Shown: positions 9,634-22,731, counted from the stretch's first letter. The stretch is DNA of 33,274 nt from Bigelowiella natans CCMP2755 (GCA_000320545.1 ADNK01001809.1:1-33274), one strand, 5' to 3'. Notes: generated from the sequence alone by a model not told the origin. Translations and numbers: made by a program.

Positions 9634-12102
9634 ATGACGACGCGGTCTATTTGCACGGAAATCGGAGATTTCGTGTCGTACGTGCTCGACGACTTCACCC
9701 CCACTCTTCAGTACTACGAGACTGAGGTAACCCCAGAGGAACATCTTGTGGACAGGGTTCGAGGGGGGGGAGGGAAAGGCCGGAGGATACAAATACTGAA
9801 CGCGCATATCATCAAGGTCTTCGACCGCCGCGTGCAGTTTAGCTTCTGCATCGTAGCGGCCATTGCGCTGCTGCTCTTCGTGTATCAGTCCTTAGAAGAG
9901 CGAGCGATGGTGGAGTTTGACACGATATCTGGGGTGCTAACAGCCACAGTGAAACTACCCTCGAATCACGTGGTCAACACGACGACGCTCGACTACTGCC
10001 AGCGGCTGAAGAATCGAGACGGTGGCGACGAAGAAACGGAACTCGAGAAGAAGACGAAGAAGAAGAAGAAGAAGAAGAAGAAGAAGAAGAAGAAATCGTC
10101 GGCAAGATGCGAGATTTGGGATCCAAAGGAAGTGGTATATCCGAGCAGCAACACGGACAACACTCTCTCAATCACGACGTTCGCCCGGAGGAAGCTCTTC
10201 GAGCGGCGGTGCAGGAAGAGCGAGGAGGCGTGCGAAAAGGCCTTGGTCGAGGTTGACAGGCAGGACGTCGTCGTGGCCGGCGTTGAATCGTTGCAGGTGC
10301 AGATCGACCACATCGTGCAAGCAGCGCGCCTCTATCTTGACAGCATAGACGACAAGAGCACCCCCCCTCGGGGAAGCAGGAGCGCGGGTAGCAGGCCTAC
10401 GCAGCCAGGCCCGCAGCAGCAGGGGCAAGCCGACGACGAGGAGGGAGCTTTTGAACCCAAATTCGTCGGATCATGCCGCTGGATGAGGGGGCGACTGATG
10501 CATGGGGAGAAGGTCCTTCTGGAGCTCGATGGCAAGAAAACCGCGGGGAACGGTGGCAAAGACGTCGCCGGGCCTGATAAGATTCCCTTGAGCCTGCTGC
10601 TCGAGGCCGCCGACTTGCCCAGCTTAGACCTCCGTTCCGACGGCCACAAGAGAGGCAGCAAGGGCAAGGCCTACCGCATGCGCGGCGTGGTGCTGTTCGT
10701 GACGATCTCGTACACGAACATCGACCCCGAAGCATGGATCCCCCTCCCCTCAAACACCATTTGGTACGAGTACAGGGTGCTGCGAGCTCCTTACTCAGAG
10801 TTCTCCCACGTAGAACACCTCACCACCAGCGGACAGGCGCAGCGAGGACTCGAGAAGGACGAGGACGGGGGGGATAGCGGCGGGCGCGGGGGGGGGGCGA
10901 GACTGCTGAGCGGCGACGACGTCAAAGGCCCCTTCGACGGCGCGACATCGGCCGTGATGAAGAGGTACGCCGTGCACCTGAAATTCATCCAAACGGGGCA
11001 GATCGGCCGCCTGTCGCCCATGAACATTCTCGTGCAGATCATATCGATGCTCGGCATCATCGGCATCGCGCGCGTCTTCATGGACACCCTGGCCAAGTTC
11101 GCCTACCGGGAGGAGATCGCCCGCGCGGAGAAGGACCGCGAGCACGAGCTCTCCAAGCTGCGGACGACGTTCAGCTACTTCGACGCGGACGCGGACGGGA
11201 CGATCGATCTCGACGAGTTGAGCCAGATGCTGCACTCCATGGGGAAGCGCCTCTCCCGCGAGGAGGTCTTTCTGCTGGTGAAGAAGGTCAACCCCAACTG
11301 CTACAGGAGGGGGGAGGTGGCGATTGACTTCCCGCACTTCTGCATGCTTTTGGCCGTGTTCTCCGCCGAAGAGGTAGGACATCTCGTTGCCACGACAGAG
11401 ATGCGGGCCTCCGTGGACCGCCAGATCCGCGCTACCCCGTCTCGGGAAGGGGGGGGGGGCAGCATCATCAGCCGCAACCATGGCAGTGATGACGACGTCG
11501 ATGGCGGCGGCCGCGGCGAGGAGGCGAAGGGCGCCAATCACAACAGCGCTCCCGGCAGCCGCAACAGTCGCGCCGTAGAAACGAGGTTCCCGTCGAGAAT
11601 GGTCTCCGCCCCTGACATCTCGCAAATGGACGAATGGCGCATGCAACGATACGTCAGCCAAGCGATAAAGGAAAGGAAGAACGGGCAGTCGTCGCGGGTA
11701 AGGAGGCCGACCGCCAGGAGGGGGGCAGCAGCAGCTGCACAGCCAGCAATGGACGATGCCGATGAGGTTGGTGGCATTAATGACGATCAAGTAGAGGCTG
11801 CTGGTGGCGTAGGTGATGGCCTCTCAAACCAGGACGACGAAAAGGACAACTTCCATTATGGCCTACGACGGCGCCGCCCCTCTCGAAAAAAAGGGGCCCC
11901 GTCTACTCTAGCATACTCTCCTCGCCACCCACCAAGCGACGAATCCCCCACGTCTCCTGTAGCTGCACACCGGCAGCGTCAGCCGCGAAGTAGTCGGCGG
12001 CGCAATCATAGCGAGATCGTCAATGACAGAGACGCTTCGAGCGACTACGGCGCACGCAAAGGCCGGGCTGCAAGGCAAAAGAGGCAGAGACGGAAGAGGT
12101 AG
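9634..12102 (+). CDS. P2X: P2X receptor (ATP-gated cation channel, Dictyostelium/green-algal type) with C-terminal EF-hand pair
   Basis: Colinear with Dictyostelium P2XA-type motifs: DRR before TM1 (~9832-9894), G.L.ATVK.P, YC...C..WD, ITT, VAGVESLQVQIDH, PDKIPLSLLLEAA..SLD, RMRGVVLFVTISYTN, YEYRV, KRYAVHLKFIQTGQIG, and TM2 (~11020-11094) ending FMDTLA. EF-hand loop DADADGTIDLDE at 11182-11217. The first in-frame ATG is at 9634. Confidence 0.92.
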   Translation: MTTRSICTEIGDFVSYVLDDFTPTLQYYETEVTPEEHLVDRVRGGGGKGRRIQILNAHIIKVFDRRVQFSFCIVAAIALLLFVYQSLEERAMVEFDTISGVLTATVKLPSNHVVNTTTLDYCQRLKNRDGGDEETELEKKTKKKKKKKKKKKKKSSARCEIWDPKEVVYPSSNTDNTLSITTFARRKLFERRCRKSEEACEKALVEVDRQDVVVAGVESLQVQIDHIVQAARLYLDSIDDKSTPPRGSRSAGSRPTQPGPQQQGQADDEEGAFEPKFVGSCRWMRGRLMHGEKVLLELDGKKTAGNGGKDVAGPDKIPLSLLLEAADLPSLDLRSDGHKRGSKGKAYRMRGVVLFVTISYTNIDPEAWIPLPSNTIWYEYRVLRAPYSEFSHVEHLTTSGQAQRGLEKDEDGGDSGGRGGGARLLSGDDVKGPFDGATSAVMKRYAVHLKFIQTGQIGRLSPMNILVQIISMLGIIGIARVFMDTLAKFAYREEIARAEKDREHELSKLRTTFSYFDADADGTIDLDELSQMLHSMGKRLSREEVFLLVKKVNPNCYRRGEVAIDFPHFCMLLAVFSAEEVGHLVATTEMRASVDRQIRATPSREGGGGSIISRNHGSDDDVDGGGRGEEAKGANHNSAPGSRNSRAVETRFPSRMVSAPDISQMDEWRMQRYVSQAIKERKNGQSSRVRRPTARRGAAAAAQPAMDDADEVGGINDDQVEAAGGVGDGLSNQDDEKDNFHYGLRRRRPSRKKGAPSTLAYSPRHPPSDESPTSPVAAHRQRQPRSSRRRNHSEIVNDRDASSDYGARKGRAARQKRQRRKR
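10057..10095 (+). repeat. (AAG)n coding microsatellite giving 13 consecutive Lys in the P2X ectodomain
   Basis: 12 AAG plus AAA, in frame. Confidence 0.95.
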
Positions 12103-12159
12103 GTGTCAAAGACGACGACGCGGGGTGTTGATCTTAAATGGGACGGAATAGTGCGCTGC

Positions 12160-12881
12160 AGTCACAAGCTAGGAGTCAACAAGTCACAGGTAGCGGTGTC
12201 AATCCTTATCAATCCTCTGTGACGTAATATTCGGTTGTGTTCAATAATTATTACTCTCTGGTAGCTTCCTCGTGTTGTATGCAATCACATGCGCAATGGG
12301 TAATAAGTAGCTCGCATCAAATCACGCACACACGCTCTCTCGCAGATAGCAGGAAATCATGCCATGCATGCAACTAGCAGCATGGAACGGCACTCGCTAG
12401 TATGCTACGCTAGCATGTTTATTCGATACGATGTACACGAATGAATGTCTAGATGTCTAGATGTGAACGTCCAAGCCGCGCACAGAAACAAGCTTGCATT
12501 AAGTCTTTGCATCACAACTTCTAGAACTTCTCTCTGCAAATTGTTTGAATACACAGATCGCGCGGGCAAGCAGGCGATATGCTAGGCGAGACTTAGCCAT
12601 TTGAACACGCAACTATCGATCACTGCCATCGATCATCGTGCCAGCGCGCACGCTGCATGATATCATATTGCTGTGTCTATTATCTACGCTGTATCATATT
12701 CCAGTCTAGCTGGACCCTGCTGAATACTCACAGGCAAAATGTACAATACATGTGTAGCTGCTTTGCATAGCTAACTACATCAGGATGACCATTGTAAAGA
12801 CTTAACCACTTCACTACATCCGTCGTCTCACAATGCATGTGTGTGTTATATTTACAATGTACGGGCCGTGTTTAACATTGT

Positions 12882-12921
<40 letters not shown>

Positions 12922-12954
12922 CCATTTAAAAAATTTAATTCTTCATTACATCCG

Positions 12955-13001
<47 letters not shown>

Positions 13002-13030
13002 TTAGCGCAGCATGCTAGCATGTCTAGATA
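12160..13030. repeat. CTAG/CATG palindrome-rich non-coding tract 3 (P2X -> <- long minus-strand gene)
   Basis: About 11 CTAG by eye, including TCTAGATGTCTAGA ~12448 and CATGCTAGCATG 13011-13022. Two (TA)n runs lie at the distal end. Confidence 0.75.
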
Positions 13031-14497
13031 TGTGTATTGACTGTTATAGGCCTAACCGTTTGCCCATTCCCAGTAATTGTTGCAGCTTTCGCCATATCTG
13101 GGCATCTTCAATCATTTTATTTATTAATTATTATTATTATTATTATTATTAAATATCATCCTTTTTGGTGCTTACGCGTGAGACACGAAACACACACACA
13201 CACACACACACATGCATCACACGCTTTTCATCATCATATCGTCCTTCTCTCCTCCATCCTAGCTCTGAAGGCCCTCAAGAACCTGACCACCTTCTGCACG
13301 GGCCTCGACGGGATCACCTCGTTCTGTCAATACGCGCGGCAAAAGAGCGTGAGTGCAATGCCCCAAAAGCAACGCCGTGCTTATCACCCATACTCAACGC
13401 TCATCATCGGTTGCAGCAAAGGAGGCAACACGCACCGACTCGACCCGTTTTTGACCGATCAAGCGGCATGAATAACAGCGCTGTCTCACCCATTCGTCGC
13501 TCTCTGCCAGCTGGGCGAGAGCGCCTTCATCGAAGTGGAAAAGCGCACGTGCGAAGAACATGATCAGGTCGGTGTCCTCTTCCTTAAAGCCGAAGACGAG
13601 ACGCTTGAATATCCTCTCCAACGCCTCTTTCCACCTGACACACGCACCGAGCTTTGGGTGAGTGCATGCGTCTCTCTCCCCATGGATGTAACAAACACAG
13701 CAAACGTCGCCTCGCCGAATCGCGAACGTGGCAGTTTTGAAAAGGAGCAGAGGTGAAATCCACACAACAGCAGCAGCAGCAGCAGCAACAACAACAACAA
13801 CAAAAGGAATAAAAAAAGAAAAAAGAACACAACAGGACAAACAACAAACGACAAAAACGCTCTCGCAAAACGTGAAATCAACCTGCTCAGCTGCTTTCGA
13901 TCTTGGACTTTCCAATACTGAGAGGAAACACACAGACCTCACAACCCATTGCTCCGCTAGCCTGCGCTGCGCTGCAAAGCTCGAGAAAGCATCGGAAAGA
14001 CAACATCACACGCTTGAGGTAGTATTATCTACCCACCTCCTTTTCCTTCTTCTCAAACCGGCCTTGGCCACCATCCACATAACTCAAGCTTGAGATCATT
14101 GAGTACAAAAAGGAGGACACAGTCTTCTTCTTCTCCTCCTCCTCCTCATCCTCCTTGCCATCATCGACGTCTGAGCAAACCGGCAAGAACGCATTTTCAA
14201 ACACAACCCAGTGAAGATTTGGGACTTCGTAGGGAGAAAAGAGCATGCTGCTGGAAGCTAGCTATTTATCGGCCCTGTGTTTATTTTCTTGCACACTTTC
14301 CTCTTTGCCTCACCTTGTGATTTCAATGCGCCCGAGAGTTCTTTAGACAGCTGATTTCTGCTCCTTGAAATCTCAAAAGCCTGGTTTCAAAGCCCAGCAA
14401 ACAATCTCAACAACGCAAAGGGCTGTCTCTTCAGACGGAGGTTTTTACAAAATATAAGCGTCATGTCCAATACTTTAGAATTAATATATAATATATA

Positions 14498-14542
<45 letters not shown>

Positions 14543-15169
14543 TTATATGTATTCGCTACTTTGCATGATCGAGGGTTTCTCTCCATTGCCTCCCATAGCA
14601 AGCGCCAAGGCTGAGAGAGGGGTAACGACAACATCAATGATGCATTGTATGTAAATATATCAATATATATGTATATGTGTATATACACATACATATATAA
14701 TATATATATTATATTATGGGGAAGAAGTCTCGTCTTTAAACCTCCATCCCCCCTCCCCCCCCACAATCTACTCACTCCACCAGGAATGTATTTTAATATG
14801 TATGAGGTGCGTGTGCGTATGCATGCGTGCGTGCGCGCGCGCGCGCGCACGCACGGGGGCGTGTGTGTGTGTGTGTGTGTGTGTGCCACCTTTTCAAATA
14901 GTTTAGCGATTTCGGCGTCGTCCTTTTTCTTCAAACTAAACTGGCTAGCCCGGGCCTGTTGAAACTTAGGTGCAAACACAATGATCAGAAGCATCGAGCC
15001 GTTGGCGACCAAGCAGTGCACAGAGACGCTCCCGTGCGTATATCTTGCGCGGGGGCTCGCTCGATGGCGTGACAGCCAATCACCCAAAAACGTTTGGAAC
15101 AACAACTCTCAACCAGCGAAATACCTCATCAAGGAAGAGTCGGAAATACCGCACAGCAAGCGACCTTAT

Positions 15170-15214
<45 letters not shown>

Positions 15215-16407
15215 TATGTATTGATTATATTATTTTATATTTATCATATCACGTGGTTTTGTTCGATTAATTTCTCTACGCAAATCGACGGTTATTTACC
15301 AAAAAAAAACAATACAAATATAGCAGCTAAGCGTGCGGTCTTCAAAAGAGCCACCTTTTATTCTCCATTGTAAGTCGATTTAGATATAGCTCGGTACAAA
15401 TCTCCTCCTTCTGCAAGCTGAAGTCAAACATCACGATGTAGTCATTTCAAAACGTCAATATACCACCAGGAGGTTTGACTAAAAAAGTAAGAACAGAGCA
15501 TACACGAGCACTTACTTCTGCCCTATAAAGCCATTTGATGCGGTGCCTTTATCATCTTTAATCTCTAGCCATTCTCTGATGATTATTGGACGGAAGAACC
15601 ATTATGAGAGGGGGGGGGGGGGGAGGATGAATCATACATCACTAACAAATGCCGTTTTTGTTGGCCTCGAAGTATAGAGATATATGGTAAAATGTATATA
15701 TTTTAAAATGTGAATGACACGCATACACACTCACGTTTTGTACGCTCTAAGACGCCGCCTGAACACAACAGAGCAAAATCAGGAAGATGCCGCCATGGTA
15801 TGGAGCAACGACGAGTGCGAAGTGAGCAAACAACTCAATTTGGATGATGTGGTGTGTATGACCTCCACTTGGAGAGAAACAAGATTCTATTGATATCAAC
15901 CGCCTATTCGAGAAAGCATTCAATTGAGAGAGCGGCGCTAGCGCGGCAATGGGAGAGAGATTGTGGCATTTTTCCAACCCTCTCAGGAGAGCACTACTAC
16001 CCGGGATATTACCGAATCTATTTCGCGATTGATGTGCTCAGCCACCCTGTACAAGGAAGGAAATCGATGTTAATGTGAATGGGAAAAAACAGATCGCATT
16101 GCCGACTGCCTTAGAATGCCAAATAGCAAGCACGTCGATAAGATTCAACGCACGCAGATAGCGTGCACATACACCATCAAACAAACGCAGGATGCAGTCC
16201 CATCCAGCGACTATATTGCAGATCGTTTAACCATTCAAGAATCCAACGCATTTCAACCAAACAATGATCAGCGGCGCTGCTGCAAAAGAACACGAGCAAA
16301 CAGAGAAACCGACCGAGAGATCCAGCTTTCTCTCCTATCCCCTGCTCATGATTATGGCCATGGGAAACATAAGACGAAGATGAAGATGCGGTAAGGAGAG
16401 CGCGAGT

Positions 16408-16441
<34 letters not shown>

Positions 16442-17010
16442 GAGGCGTGGTGGGTTTGTTTCAAAAACAATCTAGAAGTCAAAATTTTGTGGGAATAGGA
16501 GATCTGCCTCCTCTGCCTCCAACCTCCTCCCTTCTCTCCCATACCCTGCTTGAGAAGATATTCACCGAGCGCTACAGCAGATAGGAAGCATGCAGCACAG
16601 CTGATACGAATGAGGTGCAAGTGACAGTAAGTACCCATCCGCCACTTTCTCTTTCGCATCAGGATTCCATTCCACCATCGATTTATCTTTGCCAGTTTCT
16701 GATCGGGGTTGGAAAATTGACTAAGCTTGAAGTATTAAATGAAAAGATAACCACCCAGAAAGCAACAACAGCAACGACAGCGACATTGCGGTGGAAAATA
16801 CGCAAGCGAATATATGCAGGCGGAAAAACGAGGTGTTTCAGTAAAAAAAACCAACCGGAGATATGCAATTATATTCTCCAAATCATCAACCTGAGATTGG
16901 AGACTGAGCGGCTTCGTAGGATGTGCTGCGAAGTCTATGCTTCGTGATGATGGCGGGCAGAATCGACACTCGCTCGGATTCCTCTCTGCGTGCGTGAAAA
17001 CAAGAAAGGG

Positions 17011-17057
<47 letters not shown>

Positions 17058-17072
17058 AGAGCAAGAGAGCGA

Positions 17073-17116
<44 letters not shown>

Positions 17117-17195
17117 TAGAGAGAGAAAACCAACGGTAAGACTAAGCTCGATAGACAATGAGAAACAAGTGTTGAACCAAGCGGTCAATATATAC

Positions 17196-17241
<46 letters not shown>

Positions 17242-17379
17242 ACCCAAACCAAAAAAAAAGGATGATTACTATAGGATCGCTCGAGCAACTTGTCCGTCTC
17301 CCTCATCGAAAACGCTCTGTTCCCCTCCAAGAACGCTGCGATAACCTACCATAACCAAAGGAAGGAGGAGGGGAGGAGA

Positions 17380-17432
<53 letters not shown>

Positions 17433-18360
17433 GAGAGGCCATAGAAACAGGCATCATAATGGCAAGTTAATCTCTCCCCAACCTCTCCTCTGTAACAAAA
17501 CAACATCAAACGGTGCCGAGCAAAGAAAGGCCCAACACCGAACCGAAGCCATTCGCTGGAACGACCTTTCGGATGCGCGTCCGCAGCGCCTCCTCCCTGC
17601 AAATGATGACACACACCCCGTCAGCGGCTTAGTCATTCGCAAAAGCACGAGCCGAGTGGCCCGTCACCGCGCGCTCGCGCGGTGCCGCGCGGTTTGATCC
17701 CCTTACCGTTCAATATCGAATCGCTTTTGACAGAATGCCATCGTCTCCTGAGAGAAACCACCGCAGCATATAGCCCCAAGGCTCACGTCAGCGGCACTGT
17801 GCTTCACACACGATGCATTCTGCTACAAACGTCGCCTTGACACGCGCACATGAGCATTCACATGATACACGGCGAGGCGCATGATGACGCCCTATCACGC
17901 GATTGACCTCCTTCCTCTTCAACCCCTTGAAGATCTGCCCGAGGCTCCCGAAATCGTCGAGAAAGTCATTGGACAACAGCTCGTCGTGGACGAGAACCGA
18001 AGGCGCCATCTGTGCGTGCCAAAGCAATCAACTCAAATGCCGCGCGCGCGCACCCGGGCAAAAAGAGCGAGGGGTCGCGGAAGTTTTGCAAATGTATTGT
18101 ATGTTATATGCTATACAATACCCCGTTTGTGGCGCTGCACACGTGCTGAGTGGTTCGTGCTAGCGGCCTCCTCTTAGCTGTCTTCTTCTTCTTCTTCGTA
18201 TTTTTCATCTTTTTCTTCTTCGGATGTGAAAAGAACATGGCTTATTCTTGGTTTACACAAAATATACACATCAAAACATAAAACAGACATACACACAGAA
18301 ACAAACACGCACACACACGCACACACACGTACACACGCACAGAGAGAGAAAGAGAGAGAT

Positions 18361-18418
<58 letters not shown>

Positions 18419-19985
18419 GGAGAAATATCATATGCCCTGTAAATCCCAACCCCGATCCAATTCACTCTGGATATAGTGTAAAATCGCCGTGCTTCTCTCA
18501 AATCCGACACTTCCATCACTCCAGAAACGCAAATCGGCAACCCCATTTGCTGCCCCTGCACAATCAATCGCTGCTAGCCTCTCTATAACAAGCATTTACG
18601 AAAGGCCCCCACCGTCTCCACTTGCTTCTCCGTAACCCTAGCGACAAGACAAAAACGCGAAGTTGTTGGCGTGGTTGGAAGTCAGCACCGAGCAAGGAGG
18701 GCACCCAAAAATCAGAGAAAACTGTTAGGCTTATGAAGGAGTGCTTACGGTTGAATGGGTGGCGTTCCCTTCTTCGCCTCCTTCTCAACGACCGCCTCAG
18801 CCTTGTCCTGTTTTCTTGAAAGAAGGGCGGCCCCATCCTTCGGTTTCGCAATTAGTGACCACCCTGCGAAGACAGGGGGGGGGGGGGGAAGGGGAAAAAG
18901 GAGAAATGAGGAGAAATTAGCGTTAAAAAAGTAAATAATGCCGCAACGCACAGATAGCCTTGATTCATTGCTGACGGCAGGGCTTCAAACTGGAATGCGC
19001 AAGTGGAATTTCGAAGTAGAAGATGAAAAACTAGACGCCGTCACCCACAACTCCCCTCCCCTCTCGTTTCCTCCGTGACGAACTCCGAGCGATACCTCGT
19101 TGATGCCGTAGCCATTTCCTATCGAGCTCGAGTCCCAGAACCTCCTCCTAAATAGAAACGATAAATGGAGTCACGCAAAAACGTCCATGCTCCTCCGGCA
19201 CATCAATGAATTCCAGGCTTTTATGACGTGCACAAGGCCCGCAAGCGAGCCGCATATGAAGTACACAATCTGCAGTCATTAGCTATCCGCTTCAAACTCC
19301 TCCAAGCGTGGTATTGCAGCAGACGCAAACGCGCCGCAAAATGCATCAATGCTATAGCAGCTGCATTCCTAGCGCAGATGCCGCTGTCGCATGGCCCCTC
19401 GGTCGTTGCACCTGGTACTTGAGCACGCCGACACGCGAGGCGCGCAACGACGGCCTCTTCCGAATATGCACGCCTCCTTTGGCCCGAACAACCCATTCGC
19501 TGTTGAAGATCACACAGGCACGCAGCAACCCAACCGCAAAACCAAGTTCATCAGGAGACGGCTACCCGCCGCTGCTGCAGGCCGCCGCAGCGAGGCGGGC
19601 ACTTAAAAAACGTTGGAAAATCTAAAAGCGGCAGGTCTCACGGTATATAAGCATATAAAGCGCTCTCAAACTGCACATTCTCTCTCTATTTTGCCACTTC
19701 GATGCTTCGATAGGATGAGCGCCTAATGGGGCGTTTCATCGCATGTCTTCATAGCAGCTATACAAAGTGCTTCTCTTACCCCTGAGCGGAAGAGGCTGTG
19801 GATTCTACATCTCCTCCAGAGCAGCAGCCGCAAGGGCCGGCTTGACTCTGCACTCGGCTATTTTCCATAGGCACCGCGTCCTTCTTCAACGGTCTTGTTT
19901 GTTTGAGGAGCAAAAGAGGGGTGGATTGGGGGGGGGGAGGGGGTGTACGTAGAATATGAAGGAAATGTAGGACGTAAATAGTCAG

Positions 19986-20032
<47 letters not shown>

Positions 20033-20301
20033 AAGAGAAAGAGAGAGAGAGAGAAAGAGAAAGAGAGAGAGAGAGAGAAAGAGAGAGGGAGTGGAAGGTA
20101 AATCGCACATTTTTTCTTCAATCTCCTCATTTTCCGGTTGCTCATTGTTGTCCTGCTTTGCTTCTTCTTCTTTTCCTCCTCCTTCTCCTTCTCCTCCTCC
20201 TCCCCCTCCCCCTCCTCCTGCTCCTTCGCCACCCTTCCCGTCTAAGCTGATAATCCCATTGCGAAGAACGATCCTACTCTTTACCTATCACACACACATA
20301 T

Positions 20302-20348
<47 letters not shown>

Positions 20349-20669
20349 CTATTGTACAGTTTCGAATCGCACATCTTTGGAACCCATCATATGCACATGC
20401 ATACGCGTATATGTGCTTATTGTGTGAAGCCATATGAAGGAGGTGGTTTCCGGCGACGTGCACGCACAGGAGTTACCGCAAGCGGATTGCCGGCACCAAT
20501 GGCGGCCTCTTTGACACTTCCTCCTTGCACCAAGTTTTTTGGCTTTTCGGGATGCAGCTGAAAGTGCTCAGAAAGAACGTCCTCGTAAAACCGCTCGAAG
20601 AGGAAATCGTTGTCGTGGTGGTGCGTGCGGAGCTTGCCTTCCAAGACCCGGCTATCATCAGCCGTTCCG

Positions 20670-20703
<34 letters not shown>

Positions 20704-20952
20704 GCAGCAAAGCAATAGCAATAAATCGGGACATACACACACACAAACACACACACACACACACAGACAGACACATAATCATAATCCAGTGAGGGGGAAC
20801 CGTATTTTGCTGCTATGGTGCTTGTTTTCTGAAATAACACGACTAGGCTACTTAGCGAGCTGTATGGAATCTACACGCAAAGATAGGCATGTATCTAACT
20901 ACGCATTTTAATCAACCCCCCCCCCCCCACACACACACCCCTCTATCTATAA

Positions 20953-20993
<41 letters not shown>

Positions 20994-21096
20994 GTAATAA
21001 TGACGATGATTTCCGTTGAATTACCGACGAAGCAGACGCCTTTCGAAATTCTAAATAATACCGCCAAAGTCATTAGCGCAACCACACAGAGACGCA

Positions 21097-21134
<38 letters not shown>

Positions 21135-21198
21135 CACCCCCACACATACCCAACACTATGTTCTAATGTATATTCTACGTGTGCGCGTGAGTGGTTCC

Positions 21199-21261
<63 letters not shown>

Positions 21262-21537
21262 CTCAACCCATGGATACAAACGCCACCACACCGCATATAG
21301 CATATATCTATGCAAAAAGCGGGGACGTGAAAAATCGGATGCAAAATGTAGCGCAAGAGCGAATGACCCTTCTCTTCCTCCTCAGCTGCCGTTTGCTATG
21401 AGGAGAGGCAGGTTGGCTCCTCCCCCCCCTTTCCTGCTTCTTTTCAGGGGATTTTCCTTCAGGAATCTTTGCATTTTCCGTATCGTCTTTAGAGGCGAAG
21501 GCATATCGAAACAAACACACAAATAGTTTTATCATAT

Positions 21538-21576
<39 letters not shown>

Positions 21577-22418
21577 AAGCACATATAATATTTATTTATT
21601 TATATATATGTGTTTGAATATATTTTCTAATGAAAAAAATAGATTAACAAAAAATCGAAAAAGGCATGATACGCTTGCCTTCGTCGATCGCATCCGGTGC
21701 GACGGCCTTTTTCCCACTTCTTGTGTTCCTGGAGGATTTGCTTCGATCGCGTGATGGGGATCTGCTTCTTTTAAAAAGAGTGGACCTCGATCTCCTCTCT
21801 CCCGGGCTTGCCACGAGCATTGAAGAGCTATTCATGCAGTCAAGCACGCGAGGAAGGTGAGGGGTGGAGAAAGGGGGGGAGAGGGTAAATCGCATTACGT
21901 TGATGGACAGACTTATTGCTGCGCGCGCGCGCACACAAATAAACAGGCATATCCATGCACAATACAGGGTTTTTTAAGACACAAGCACGCTGGCTGTACT
22001 ACCTCTGCCTCGAAACGCATTGGAAATCGGTGTTCTGCATAGTCCACCAGGGGGGGATAAGATCAGGCTGGGTTGACTCGATGCGTTGCGGCTGGATTTG
22101 GCCAGCCAACTTGGCGCAAAACTTGTCCTGACGGCAAGAACCATTTGTAAGGGGGGGAAAGAAAAAAGAATGAGAAGAAGCAAGAGATGGAGGGGAGGCA
22201 AAGTAAAAATGCTAAAGCGCAATGCTTATCGAAGCAATCTCTCAAAGTTATGTAATATACAATATACACGTTTTTTATCGCCTGTACCTCAAAGTCTGTG
22301 AGCTTCCTACCAACAACCTTGTTGAAGTAATCATTCTGGCAATAAAGGAACAGAGGGAAAATCTTTGAGAGAGAGAATCAACGAAGAACCAATACAATAA
22401 ATATTTACAAATATATTA

Positions 22419-22451
<33 letters not shown>

Positions 22452-22695
22452 CATTTCTATATTTTAACTGTCGTATGGTGTGCAGCAAGAAATGTGTGAT
22501 TGGAGATGATGGCTCACTAGCTTAAATAGTTGTTTCGAGCTGCTGCTTTGGGGTAGCCTGCTATTATTTGCCCTTTTGCTTGTATGCCGGTTCCTAGAGG
22601 CTTGAGTGCGATCAAAGAGCTTCTCCAGGCAAACGAGAGCAAGTCCTTTGCGGGGGAGGAGGAAGGGCAGACCACATTTTCAATAATAAGCATAG

Positions 22696-22731
<36 letters not shown>

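Noticed and set aside
10795-11790. 331-aa antisense ORF within P2X
   Set aside because: Codon-aligned shadow of a high-GC3 gene; no independent evidence.
16546-16580. AVALGEYLLKQG resembling a DEP-domain helix
   Set aside because: Splice phase favours another frame (RSVNIFSSR|IVFETNPPRL), and no other DEP elements are present.
17881-18177. Plus-strand ORF (IDLLPLQPLEDLPEAPEIVEKV...)
   Set aside because: It is antisense to a minus-strand exon that has proper splice sites and joins its neighbours in frame.
21670-21680. Apparent GC-AG intron donor (GAAG|GCAAGC)
   Set aside because: A canonical GT donor 6 nt further on has the same phase, so a non-canonical site is not required.
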